DNA from: Actinomycetota bacterium
Lineage (GTDB): Bacteria > Actinomycetota > JBBINU01
Reading direction: 5' to 3'
DNA length: 64,000 nucleotides
NCBI GenBank assembly: GCA_037443725.1
Contig: JBBINU010000005.1
Span: forward strand, 45,334-109,333
Below are positions 18,407-27,256 of the stretch, piece after piece. The translations under genes were made by a program, and so were the position numbers. The notes beneath the pieces are model-generated. The model saw only the letters and a program-made list of their open reading frames with translations, was not told the origin of the DNA and made no database searches. Numbering within the stretch: the stretch's first letter is position 1; the number at the start of each line of letters is the position of its first letter.

Positions 18407-19234
18407 CTAGGCGGTGTCGCGTACCCTTCCTCCCCCCGCCGCCCGCTTCCTCCCCCCCGCCCGCGCCTCTCTCTCGGCCCTCGCCTTCTCGATGCTGGCC
18501 CTGAGGGCCTCCATGAGATCCACCACCCTCGCCCTCTCCTCCTCGGGCGGGGGCGGGGGTGGGAGCAGCCCCTTCACCTTCTGCTGGATGAGAGCTTCCA
18601 GCCTCTCCCGGTAGGTGTCCCGGAGCTCGTCAGGAAGGAAGTCCTCGGTCATGGTCTCCACCAGGCTCCTCGCCATCTGCACCTCCTGCGGCCGGACTTC
18701 CCCTGCGGCCTCGGCAGGAGCAGGCTTCAAGACCTCGTCGCTCCAGTACAAGGTCTCTAGAACGAGGGCCTCCCCAGAGACGCGGATGAGGGCCGGATGC
18801 TCCTTCTCCCTGAGGTAGACTCGGGCCAGGGCGACCCTCCCCAGGGAGACCATGGCCTCCCTCAGCAGCCGGTACGGCTTCACCCCCAGAGGCTCAGGGC
18901 TGAGGTAGTACGGTACCCGGAAGAAGACGGGGTCCACCTGGTCTTCCGGGACGAACTTGAGGATCTCCACGGTTCTGGGGTTTCCGCTGGCCCTGGCCAG
19001 CTCTTCGTCGCTGAGGACCACAAACTCGCCCCTGGCGTACTCGTAGCCCCGGACTATCTCCTCGGGGCCGAGCTCCTTTCCGCACACCTCGCAGAACTTC
19101 CTGTACCGGACGCGGCCCCTGTCCGCCTGGTGGAGCTGGTGGAAGCGGAGGGCCCTCTCCCGGACGGCGGGCTCCACCCTTACGGGTATGCTCACCAGCC
19201 CGAAAGAGATGCTCCCCTTCCAGATGGTCCCCAC
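18407..19234 (-). CDS. ku: Non-homologous end joining protein Ku
   Basis: MGTIWKGSISFGLVSIPVRV Ku core, with a proline-rich and basic C-terminal tail. Confidence 0.9.
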   Translation of the reverse strand: MGTIWKGSISFGLVSIPVRVEPAVRERALRFHQLHQADRGRVRYRKFCEVCGKELGPEEIVRGYEYARGEFVVLSDEELARASGNPRTVEILKFVPEDQVDPVFFRVPYYLSPEPLGVKPYRLLREAMVSLGRVALARVYLREKEHPALIRVSGEALVLETLYWSDEVLKPAPAEAAGEVRPQEVQMARSLVETMTEDFLPDELRDTYRERLEALIQQKVKGLLPPPPPPEEERARVVDLMEALRASIEKARAEREARAGGRKRAAGGGRVRDTA

Positions 19235-19328
19235 TTTTGCCTCCCTGACGTCATGATACGCCGGCCGGAAGGGGGGCCATGTCGGGGTGGGGGAGAGACG
19301 GGGCCGGGATCGGGAAACCTTTCAGACC

Positions 19329-20516
19329 TCAGCGACCGCGGCCTTCAGAAGGGGATGCGGTGAGGAAGGATGCGATGGTGGGCGCTCCCCGGCCGAACCT
19401 CCTCTGGAGCTCATCCATGACCTGCTCCGCGCGGCGCCTCTTCTCCCTCCTTCCTTCCAGGTCGGGGAGGGACCCTGGACCAAGACGGGAGAGGGAGATA
19501 CCGAGGAGGCGGACCCGGGCCCCGACCTCGCTCCGGCGGAACAGGCTCGAGGCCAGGTCGGCTATCTCCCAGCCCAGGTCAGTGGGGGCGGGGAGGGAGA
19601 GGGACCGGGTGAAGGTCCTGAAGGTGTCCGTTCTTACCTTCAGGGTGACGGTGCTGGCGGCTAACCCCTCCTCCCTCAGACGCCTGGCCACACGCTGGGC
19701 CAGTCGGAGTATCTCTCTCCTCACCTCCTGGTCGTCGTCGAGATCCCGGGGAAAGGTCTCCTCCGCCGAGATCTGCTTGGGTGGGGGATTCGGGAGGACA
19801 GCAGAGGCATCCTCCCCCCTCGAGGCGGCCAGGAGCCACCTAGCCTGAGATGGACCGAAGAAGGGTTCCAGGGCCTCCAGACGCACGCCGGCCAGCTCCC
19901 CCAGAGTCCTTATCCCCAGGGCCTCCAGGGTTTCCCTGGTCTTCGCCCCCACCCCCGGAAGGCGGGAGACGGGGAGGGGAGCAAGGAACTCGGTGACCCT
20001 CTCCGGTTCCACCACTACGAGACCGTCCGGCTTTGCCAGACCGCTGGCCACTTTGGCCACGAGCTTGTTAGGAGCCGCCCCCACGGAACAGGAAAGCCCC
20101 CTCTCCCCCTTCACCCTCTCCCGGATCTTTCTGGCCACCTCCTCGGGGGAGCCGAAGAGGCTCCCCGCTCCAGAGACATCCAGGTAGGCCTCGTCCAGGG
20201 AAGCCATCTCCACGAGGGGGGTGAAGGACTCCAGGATCTCCCTGAGGGCAGCCGACTCCTCCTGGTAGGAGAGGAAATCGGGGGGGAGGAAGTAGGCCCA
20301 GGGGCAGAGCCTCCTCGCCCGCGCCGTCGGCATCCCGGAAACAATCCCGTAAGCCCTCGCCTCGTAAGAGGCACTCGCCACCACGCCCCTCGGGCCTGTC
20401 CCCCCCACCACCACGGGTTTCCCGCGCAGCCAGGGCCTCCTCCTCACCTCCACACTGGCAAAGAAGGCATCCATGTCCACATGGAGGATGTGGCTCCCCT
20501 TTCTCGACGCCTCCAT
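19329..20516 (-). CDS. dinB: DNA polymerase IV (Y-family) DinB
   Basis: ILHVDMDAFFASVE catalytic acidic motif is intact. SCSVGAAPNKLVAKVASGLAKPDG. Internal Met start MEASRKG. Confidence 0.85.
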   Translation of the reverse strand: MEASRKGSHILHVDMDAFFASVEVRRRPWLRGKPVVVGGTGPRGVVASASYEARAYGIVSGMPTARARRLCPWAYFLPPDFLSYQEESAALREILESFTPLVEMASLDEAYLDVSGAGSLFGSPEEVARKIRERVKGERGLSCSVGAAPNKLVAKVASGLAKPDGLVVVEPERVTEFLAPLPVSRLPGVGAKTRETLEALGIRTLGELAGVRLEALEPFFGPSQARWLLAASRGEDASAVLPNPPPKQISAEETFPRDLDDDQEVRREILRLAQRVARRLREEGLAASTVTLKVRTDTFRTFTRSLSLPAPTDLGWEIADLASSLFRRSEVGARVRLLGISLSRLGPGSLPDLEGRREKRRRAEQVMDELQRRFGRGAPTIASFLTASPSEGRGR

Positions 20517-20559
20517 GCCCGTAGACGATGGGGGTAAAGGCAGCCGGGACACGCTCCCT

Positions 20560-20588
20560 AGTTTAGGTCGAACACACGTTCGAATCAA
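20560..20588 (-). promoter_or_regulatory. SOS promoter with LexA box in the spacer: TTGATT -35 (overlapping the box by 1 nt), 17-nt spacer of LexA box TCGAACGTGTGTTCGA, TAAACT -10, upstream of dinB
   Basis: Read directly on the minus strand as TTGATTCGAACGTGTGTTCGACCTAAACT. The box matches the Gram-positive/actinobacterial LexA consensus TCGAAC-N4-GTTCGA. Confidence 0.7.
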
Positions 20589-20626
20589 CTCCCGCAAAGG
20601 CCAGCCCGAAGCGGCTTGACCAGCTC

Positions 20627-21220
20627 CTACCTACCGTAGGTCCCCATGAGCTCCCCCTCACCCAGGACGTGCCCCCGCATGGCAGCCTCCACCTCAGCCC
20701 GGCTTGCTCCAGGGGAGAGGTCCAATTCCGCGTCCAGGGCGTAAAGGCGGAAGAAGTAGCGGTGGGGGCGACCCCTGGGAGGGCAGGGTCCCCCATATCC
20801 CACCTTTCCGAAGTCCGTCCTTCCCTGTCTCGCCCCGCCCAGGGCCTCCAGCACCGGCGTCTGGGGTACCCCCTCCGGCAGGGAGCTCACACCCACCGGC
20901 AGCCCGTAAAGGAGCCAGTGAAGAAAGGTGCGGCCGGGAGCGTCGGGGTCATCCATGATGAGCACGAAGGAGCGCGTCCCCGGGGGTGGGGAGCTCCAAG
21001 AAAGGGGAGGGGAGGTGTTCTCTCCATCGCAGGTGTACTTGCGCGGTATGGCTCCCCCAGGCGGGAAGGCGGCACTTCTAAGCTCCATCTCCATCCTTCC
21101 CTCCCTCGTCGCGCGGGGAGGCGACTCGCCGGCCTCCCGTACCCCGGGCTGGGCACAGCCTGCCAGGAGAACCAGCCCGAACGCCAGACTCGTCCCTCTC
21201 CGCAGCCCGACTCCGAGCAC
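20627..21220 (-). CDS. YbhB/YbcL (PEBP/RKIP) family lipoprotein
   Basis: Lipobox LLAGC. PEBP core YTCDGENTSPPLSW...DPDAP...HW...GP.PP...HRY. Confidence 0.7.
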   Translation of the reverse strand: MLGVGLRRGTSLAFGLVLLAGCAQPGVREAGESPPRATREGRMEMELRSAAFPPGGAIPRKYTCDGENTSPPLSWSSPPPGTRSFVLIMDDPDAPGRTFLHWLLYGLPVGVSSLPEGVPQTPVLEALGGARQGRTDFGKVGYGGPCPPRGRPHRYFFRLYALDAELDLSPGASRAEVEAAMRGHVLGEGELMGTYGR

Positions 21221-21292
21221 GGAGAGAAGGTTAGAACAGGGCCGGGATCACCGGAAAGAGGTGATCCCGGCCCTGCGTATCGGGGCCGCTGT

Positions 21293-22360
21293 TCAGCTCC
21301 GGCCCCCCTCACCCATGCTCATGACCTTTCTCGTCTCTGCCTTGGCCCTGTCGAGCTCGGCCGCGATCTCCTCGTCCCTGGCGGAAAGGGCCTCCAGGTC
21401 ACCCTCGGCGAACTGGATCACGCCCATCTCCTCGAAGGCCCGCCTCACCCGCTCCCCCCAGAGCCCGATGTCCTTCACGGCCGGGACTATTCGGGAGAAG
21501 AGCACCTTGCGGAACTCCCGCATCATGGTGGAGTTCAGCGTGTAGTCCACGGCCTCTTTGGCATCCACGCCCACGTGCTCCCAGACCTCCTCGGCGGTGA
21601 ACCGGTCCCGCATGAGGTAAGCTGCCTCCACCACGAACTCCTCCCTCTCAGCCCGCTCCGCCTCGCTCAGCTCTGGGTAGTAGTCACGCAGGGCGAGCCT
21701 CCCGAAGGCCACGTGCCTCGCCTCGTCCTCCATGACGTATGTGGCGATCTGCTTGCCCAGGGGTTCCTGGATCAGATCCCTCAGGATGGAGAAGGCGGCC
21801 AGGGCCAGGCCCTCCACCATGATCTGCATCCCCAGGCAGGTCATATCCCACTTGGGGGTCCTCACGACCTCGTCCAGCAGGACCTTGAGGTGGGGGTTCA
21901 CAGGGTAAGCCTTCCCAATCTTCCCCAGGTACTTGGTGTAGACCTCGACGTGCCTTGCCTCGTCCACCACCTGCGTGGCGGCATAGAGCTTGAGATCCAC
22001 ATCTGGAACGACCTGTACGATCTTGGCCGCCGCGAACAGGGCTCCCTGTTCCCCGTGGAGGAACTGGGAGTTGAGCCAGGCGGCCATGTGCCACCTGAGC
22101 TCGGCCTTCTCTTCAGCGGTGGCCCGCTCCCAGATGCTGGAGCCGTAGATGGGGACGAGGGGATCGGGCGTGTGCTCCGGGTTGGAGGGGTCCACGGGGA
22201 TGTCCCAGTCGATCCTGAACTCCGCATCCCACTGCTTCTGCTTCCCCTTGGCGTAGAGGTTCAGCAGGCGCTCCCGCCCCCTGTCGTACTCCCAGGTGAA
22301 GACCGTGTCGTACCCGGTGGGGATGACCAGCTTCTCCCCCACAGCCAGCTCATATCTCAT
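21293..22360 (-). CDS. Ferritin-like diiron-carboxylate protein (AurF-like oxygenase family)
   Basis: Repeated E..H motifs (VDEARHVEVY, MEDEARHVAFG) in a ferritin-like helical bundle. Start assigned to internal Met MRYELAVG. Confidence 0.55.
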   Translation of the reverse strand: MRYELAVGEKLVIPTGYDTVFTWEYDRGRERLLNLYAKGKQKQWDAEFRIDWDIPVDPSNPEHTPDPLVPIYGSSIWERATAEEKAELRWHMAAWLNSQFLHGEQGALFAAAKIVQVVPDVDLKLYAATQVVDEARHVEVYTKYLGKIGKAYPVNPHLKVLLDEVVRTPKWDMTCLGMQIMVEGLALAAFSILRDLIQEPLGKQIATYVMEDEARHVAFGRLALRDYYPELSEAERAEREEFVVEAAYLMRDRFTAEEVWEHVGVDAKEAVDYTLNSTMMREFRKVLFSRIVPAVKDIGLWGERVRRAFEEMGVIQFAEGDLEALSARDEEIAAELDRAKAETRKVMSMGEGGRS

Positions 22361-22431
22361 ACCGACCTCCCCTCCTATCCTGACCTCCCCTCTCTGGCCA
22401 GCTGCCCCATCCCGCAATCCCTTACCCGCCT

Positions 22432-23022
22432 CTAGCCACCTCCTTTCTCCAGGGCGGGGCCGAGGATCCCCGCCAGCTTCCAGGCAGTCACCTCCAGGGG
22501 TTCCTCGGACGGGGAGAGGGAGTAGGAGATGACCAGGCGTGCCGCGACCTCCAGGACACCCTCGGCCTCACCCCGGGGAAGCCCTGGCCAGGCGTCCAGG
22601 ATCACCGGGAGGAGGGCCCTGGTAGCGGCCTCCGTGATGGGGCCGAGGTCCAGGGTGAGGTGGGGAAGGACCTCTCCGGCCTCACCCCGGAGGAGGGGGT
22701 CAAGGATGGGGTGGCCCCGGAGGCTCCGGAGGGCCTGGAGGAGCCCGGCCTCCAGCAGCTCCCTTCCCTCCTTCCCCCTGACCGCCTGGAGAACGGAGGA
22801 GAGGATCTCCTCCTCGGCATGAATCACCAGAGCCTTCATCAGCCCCTCTCGCGAGCCGAAGTGGCGGTACACGGTCTGCCTTGACACGCCCGCCGCCCTG
22901 GCCACCTCCTCGAGGCTCGTTCCCCGGATACCTCGGGTGCGGAAGAGGAATAGGGCCCTTTCCAGAACCCTCCGGCGGGTCCTGCCTGCCCCACCTCCGC
23001 CCTCCGCGGGTACCCCTGTCAC
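22432..23022 (-). CDS. TetR/AcrR family transcriptional regulator
   Basis: HTH GIRGTSLEEVARAAGVSRQTVYRHFGSREGL. Confidence 0.8.
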   Translation of the reverse strand: MTGVPAEGGGGAGRTRRRVLERALFLFRTRGIRGTSLEEVARAAGVSRQTVYRHFGSREGLMKALVIHAEEEILSSVLQAVRGKEGRELLEAGLLQALRSLRGHPILDPLLRGEAGEVLPHLTLDLGPITEAATRALLPVILDAWPGLPRGEAEGVLEVAARLVISYSLSPSEEPLEVTAWKLAGILGPALEKGGG

Positions 23023-23113
23023 GATACAAATGATACATATAGAGTCAAGTCTGTAAACAAGGTCCCGGGATGGTGGGTGCTAGCCTCGAGTGGCCCCTGC
23101 TGCTCGGGCTCGG

Positions 23114-26100
23114 TCAGCAGGGGTGGGCCTCCAGGCCCACCAGGCGGAAGGTGCCCTCCCCCACCACCCGCCCCGCCACCACCAAGACCCTGCTCCCGAA
23201 GATCACGTGGGCGTACCTCTCCAGAGGCCTTCCGGAAAAGGCGACGTCCACTAGGCCGTCCCCGTCGTCCAGGGTGAGGAAGGCCACTCTCCTCCCGCTT
23301 CTGGTGGGAGGGGTCTGGATCATCACCTTCACCCCCCCGACCAGCACCCTCTGGCCGGGAGGAAGTCGGTCCAGGAGAGAAGAGGGGGTGAGATCCCCCA
23401 GAGCGTTCAGGCGGGGCCGGAGAAGGTGAAGGAGGTCATAGCTGATCTCCTCCCCCAGAAGGTTCAGCTCCTCCCGAACCCTCTCCTCCGGTGAATAGGG
23501 GCGGAGGCCGAGGGGGAGAGGCCCCGGGTGCCACGATGCCTCCCCCCTCTCCAGGACCTCAGCGAGGAAGACCAGGAGATCCCGTCTGGTCCTCCCACTA
23601 CCACCGCCCCCTTCGGTGAGCCCCTCCACTTCATCGAAGGCCCCGGCCCTCACCAGAGCCTCCAGGGTGGGCCTGGAGACAGAGGACCTGGGAACCCTTG
23701 AGAGGAAATCCTCAAGCCCTCTGAAGGAACCCCTCCCCCGCTCCTCCAAGATGGCAGCTATCTCCGCCTCGGAGATCCCCCGGAGGTGGAGAAAACCTAT
23801 ACGCAGTCCCACCGCACCCCCGGGCAGCCTCTCCGCCGTGTACTCCCTGGAGCTTGCGTTTATGTCCAGGGGCAGGACGGGTATCCCTGCCCTCCTCGCC
23901 TCGGCCAGGACCACCCGCCTCGGATACATCCCGGGCTCGTACGTGAGGACACCGGCGTAGAAGGCGGCCGGGTGGTGCGCCTTCATCCAGGCGGACTGGT
24001 AAGCGGGAAGGGCAAAGGCCACGGCATGGGCCTTGCAGAAGCCAAAGGCGGCAAAGGCCGAGAGGGACTCCCAGACTTCCTCCACCACTTTCTCCTCGTA
24101 CCCTTCCTCCTCGCCCGCCCGGAAGAACCACCGCCTGAGTTCCTCCCTCTCCTCCTCCCTCTCGAGCCTCCTCCTTATCCTGTCCGCCTCCGCCAGGGAG
24201 ACCCCGGCCACTGCGGAGATGAGCTTCATAGCCTGCTCCTGGAAGACGAGGACCCCGTAACTCTCGGCCAGGATGGACCGGAGGAGAGGGTGCGGGTACC
24301 GGACAGGCTCCTCACCCCACCGCCTCCTCAAGTAAGGCCGGACCATGTCAGCCCTGACAGGTCCGGGTCGGAAGAGGGAGATCTCCACGGCCAGCTCCTG
24401 GAGGTTCCCCGGCTTGAGCCGGGTCACCAGGTTCCTCTGCCCCGGGCTTTCCAGCTGGAAGCAGCCGACGGTCTTACCGGAGCGCAGGAGAGCGTAGGTG
24501 GCAGGGTCTCCATCCCCGAGACAGCCGAGATCCACCCTCTCCCCGCTCACCCTCTCCGCCTGGGAGACGGCGTGCCTGAGAGCCGAGAGCATCCTCACCC
24601 CAATCACGTCCAGCTTGAGGAAACCGAGGGCCTCGGTATCGTCCTTGTCGGCCTGGAGGGCAGGAATCCCTGCGGCGGTCAGGGTGAGGGGGGCGCGGAG
24701 GCAGGGATCTCCTCCACTAAGGGCGATGCCGCTGGGGTGCATGGCCACCTGCCTGGGAACTCCATCCAGGCGCTCCACCAGCCGGAAAAGGAGGTCCCAG
24801 GAAGAGGACCTGAGATTCGCCCGCCTCACCTCGGGCAGACTCATCACCACTTCTCCCAGAGCCCGGGGGGAGACATTCGGAAGGGACTCGGCCACCCTCG
24901 CCAGCTCCTCCCGGGGAAGCCCCAGGGCCTTGCCGGCCTCCCTAACCGCTCCCCTCACCCTGAAGGTCTCGAACACGGCCACAGCGGCCACTCTCCCGGG
25001 GTGGAGCTGGAGGATCCTCCTATACACCTCCTCCCTCCGGTCGGACTCCACGTCCAGATCGATATCGGGTGGGTCGGGACGAAGGGGGTTGAGAAAGCGC
25101 TCGAAGAGGAGACCGGAAGGGAGCGGATCCACCTCAGAGATACCCAAGAGGTAGCAGACGAGACTGCCCACCGCTGAACCGCGGCAGGCCACCCTGATCC
25201 CCATGGCCCTGGCCTCCCTGGCCACCTCGGCCACGGTGAGGAAATACCCAGCGTATCCCAGGGAGAGGATGACCTCGAGCTCCCTGGAGGCCCGCGCCTC
25301 GTACCTCCCCACTCCAGCAAGCCCCTTCCCCTCCAGACCCCTCCTCACCTCTGTCACCAGCCTTTCCTCCGCCCCCTCCACCTCCGGGTAGTACTTGGAC
25401 CCAAGGGGAGGCCCTCCCTCCAGCTCCTCCGCGAGCCCCGCAGCGTTACGGAGGAGGTCAGGCTCCTCCCGGAAGAGCTCCTCCATCTCCTCGAGGGGCT
25501 TGAGATACCCCTCGGCATTCCGCCTCTCCCCCAGCTTCACCGGACCCTGCTTTCCCATGGCCACCAGGAGGTCGTGAAGGGGAGCGTCGCCGGGGAGGAG
25601 GTAATGCACGGGGTTTGTGGCGACCGCCCGAACCCCAAGCCGACGGGCCAGATCCAGGAGGCCTCTCACCACCTTCCTCCCCTCCCCCTCCATGAGGTCC
25701 GAAACCTCCAAGAAGAAGCTCCCGCGTCCGAAGGCCTCCAGGTAGGCGCCGGCTGCCTCGAGGGCCCTTCTCTCCTCGTCCCTTCTTAGAAGAGCTCCGA
25801 CGTCGCTCCAGACCCCGGCGAGAAGGACCAACCCCTCGGTCTCCCTGGCCAGCTCCTCCCGGGAGATCCCCACCCTCTCCTCGGGCTCACTGGCCCGGAA
25901 GGCCTCCCCAGGGTAGACCGAGGGAACCCGTGCCCTCCCCGAAAGGTGGATCCGGGTGAGGAGCCGAGAGAGGGAGACGTATCCCCGCTCATCGCGGGCG
26001 AGGAGGAGGACCCGCCTCGCACCACCCCGGCAAGTTCTCGGCCTCGACCACCTCCTCCCCAGGGGGCCCTCCAGGCTCACCTCAGCACCAAAGATGGGCC

Positions 26101-26287
26101 TCACCCCATGCTCCACGCAGGCCCTGGCGAACCGCACCGCACCGAAGAGGGCATCGGTGTCGGTCAACGCCAGTGCGGTGTACCCCATCTCCCTGGCCCT
26201 GGCTGCCAGATCCTCGGGTCTTGCGGCCCCCTCGAACAGGCTCCAGACCGTATGCACATGAAGGTGAGTGAAGGGGAGACCCTTCAT
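23114..26287 (-). CDS. dnaE2: Error-prone DNA polymerase DnaE2 (ImuC)
   Basis: PHP domain LHVHTVWSLFEGAARPEDL, Pol III alpha core. ~1057 aa with no tau-binding tail, under a LexA box. Start at MKGLPFTHLHVH after RBS GGGAGGGGGAA. Confidence 0.85.
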   Translation of the reverse strand: MKGLPFTHLHVHTVWSLFEGAARPEDLAARAREMGYTALALTDTDALFGAVRFARACVEHGVRPIFGAEVSLEGPLGRRWSRPRTCRGGARRVLLLARDERGYVSLSRLLTRIHLSGRARVPSVYPGEAFRASEPEERVGISREELARETEGLVLLAGVWSDVGALLRRDEERRALEAAGAYLEAFGRGSFFLEVSDLMEGEGRKVVRGLLDLARRLGVRAVATNPVHYLLPGDAPLHDLLVAMGKQGPVKLGERRNAEGYLKPLEEMEELFREEPDLLRNAAGLAEELEGGPPLGSKYYPEVEGAEERLVTEVRRGLEGKGLAGVGRYEARASRELEVILSLGYAGYFLTVAEVAREARAMGIRVACRGSAVGSLVCYLLGISEVDPLPSGLLFERFLNPLRPDPPDIDLDVESDRREEVYRRILQLHPGRVAAVAVFETFRVRGAVREAGKALGLPREELARVAESLPNVSPRALGEVVMSLPEVRRANLRSSSWDLLFRLVERLDGVPRQVAMHPSGIALSGGDPCLRAPLTLTAAGIPALQADKDDTEALGFLKLDVIGVRMLSALRHAVSQAERVSGERVDLGCLGDGDPATYALLRSGKTVGCFQLESPGQRNLVTRLKPGNLQELAVEISLFRPGPVRADMVRPYLRRRWGEEPVRYPHPLLRSILAESYGVLVFQEQAMKLISAVAGVSLAEADRIRRRLEREEEREELRRWFFRAGEEEGYEEKVVEEVWESLSAFAAFGFCKAHAVAFALPAYQSAWMKAHHPAAFYAGVLTYEPGMYPRRVVLAEARRAGIPVLPLDINASSREYTAERLPGGAVGLRIGFLHLRGISEAEIAAILEERGRGSFRGLEDFLSRVPRSSVSRPTLEALVRAGAFDEVEGLTEGGGGSGRTRRDLLVFLAEVLERGEASWHPGPLPLGLRPYSPEERVREELNLLGEEISYDLLHLLRPRLNALGDLTPSSLLDRLPPGQRVLVGGVKVMIQTPPTRSGRRVAFLTLDDGDGLVDVAFSGRPLERYAHVIFGSRVLVVAGRVVGEGTFRLVGLEAHPC

Positions 26288-26388
26288 TTCCCCCTCCCGA
26301 GCCCTCCTCCCTGAGCCCTTCCGCACCTGGAGGCCACCTTAGGAGCCGTTCCCCGGTAGCCGGCAGGTCCGGGCGGAGGCCAGACGGC

Positions 26389-26673
26389 TCAATCGAACAG
26401 GCTCTTAAGGAACCACCCTCCACCCCTCAGGTCCCGGACCAGCTCGTACACCCCCTCCCCCTGAGGGCCCGTCGCCTCCACCCTCCAGTACTCCACCTCC
26501 CACTCCTCCCCCCAGAACCCCTCCTCGGTGTAGGGGTCCCACCCGGCCTCCCGCCACCGGGCCACCACCCTCTTCACCCTGTACCTCTTCCCGTGCCAGA
26601 GGAATTCCCGGGGACCCTCCGGCCCCGCCCTTACCGGGACTCTGCTCCGGTACCGCCGTCCTATCGAACACAC
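26389..26673 (-). CDS. Small hypothetical protein (Trp/Glu-rich) between the LexA-box promoter and dnaE2
   Basis: ORF ...GKRYRVKRVVARWREAGWDPYTEEGFWGEEWEVEYWRVEATGPQGEGVYELVRDL. Its GTG lies at the predicted transcription start inside the LexA box, or an internal GTG after GGGAAGAGG starts it. Family not recognised. Confidence 0.35.
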   Translation of the reverse strand: MCSIGRRYRSRVPVRAGPEGPREFLWHGKRYRVKRVVARWREAGWDPYTEEGFWGEEWEVEYWRVEATGPQGEGVYELVRDLRGGGWFLKSLFD

Positions 26674-26708
26674 GTTCGAATATTAGATCCCAATCCGATG
26701 CCTGTCAA
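26664..26708 (-). promoter_or_regulatory. SOS promoter: TTGACA -35, 17-nt spacer, TAATAT -10, immediately followed by LexA box TCGAACGTGTGTTCGA
   Basis: Minus strand reads TTTGACAGGCATCGGATTGGGATCTAATATTCGAACGTGTGTTCGATAGG. The 16-mer is identical to the one upstream of dinB. Confidence 0.7.
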
Positions 26709-26836
26709 AGCCCACCTACCCTCAACACCTCCCCCCAGCGCTCAAGAGGCAAGGACGCGTAAAGCGAGCCGACGGATGCGGAAAGCGAGCCCCAGAAGGA
26801 GATGCAAAACCCCGAACCTGGCGTTAACCTCACACC

Positions 26837-27256
26837 GTGGCCGTGAAGACCGACTGCCGGCATTACAGGGCCCGGCCAGCCGGGCCCCTTGACCAGGTCC
26901 AGGAGTGCACTCTAGGAAAGGCCGAGCTCCTCCCCTTCGCCTGCCCACCAGAGTGCGCCCACTACCAGCCGCGTCCTCCCGGACACCCGTCCCTCTTCTC
27001 CCGCTCCACCGTGCTCCCTCTCCGAAGGTCCCCCATGCCTCGACTCCGCAGATTCCCGAGACACCTCAGCTCCCGGGCAACCCGGAGCTGGGCCCGCCTG
27101 CTCAGAACCGGCCCACCAGCGGCATTCCTCGCCTATGCTCTGGGCATCGCGGTTGCCTGGGTCCTCGCTCGACAGCTGGCTCCGGCGGCCGAGCTCCCGA
27201 TCGCTCTGGCCAGCGTGGCAGCTGCCGAGTATTTCCTGTATGCGCGGTGGAGGTGA
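26837..27256 (+). CDS. Hypothetical small Cys-rich membrane protein
   Basis: GTG start. N-terminal CRHY...C...CPPECAHY cysteine cluster, C-terminal TM helix. Stop overlaps the start of the downstream gene (GTGA). Confidence 0.35.
   Translation: MAVKTDCRHYRARPAGPLDQVQECTLGKAELLPFACPPECAHYQPRPPGHPSLFSRSTVLPLRRSPMPRLRRFPRHLSSRATRSWARLLRTGPPAAFLAYALGIAVAWVLARQLAPAAELPIALASVAAAEYFLYARWR

Noticed and set aside
16078-19234. HNH nuclease + S8 protease + Ku as a possible defence island
   Set aside because: There are no hallmark defence partners (methylase, ATPase, reverse transcriptase, Cas). The genes are better explained individually.
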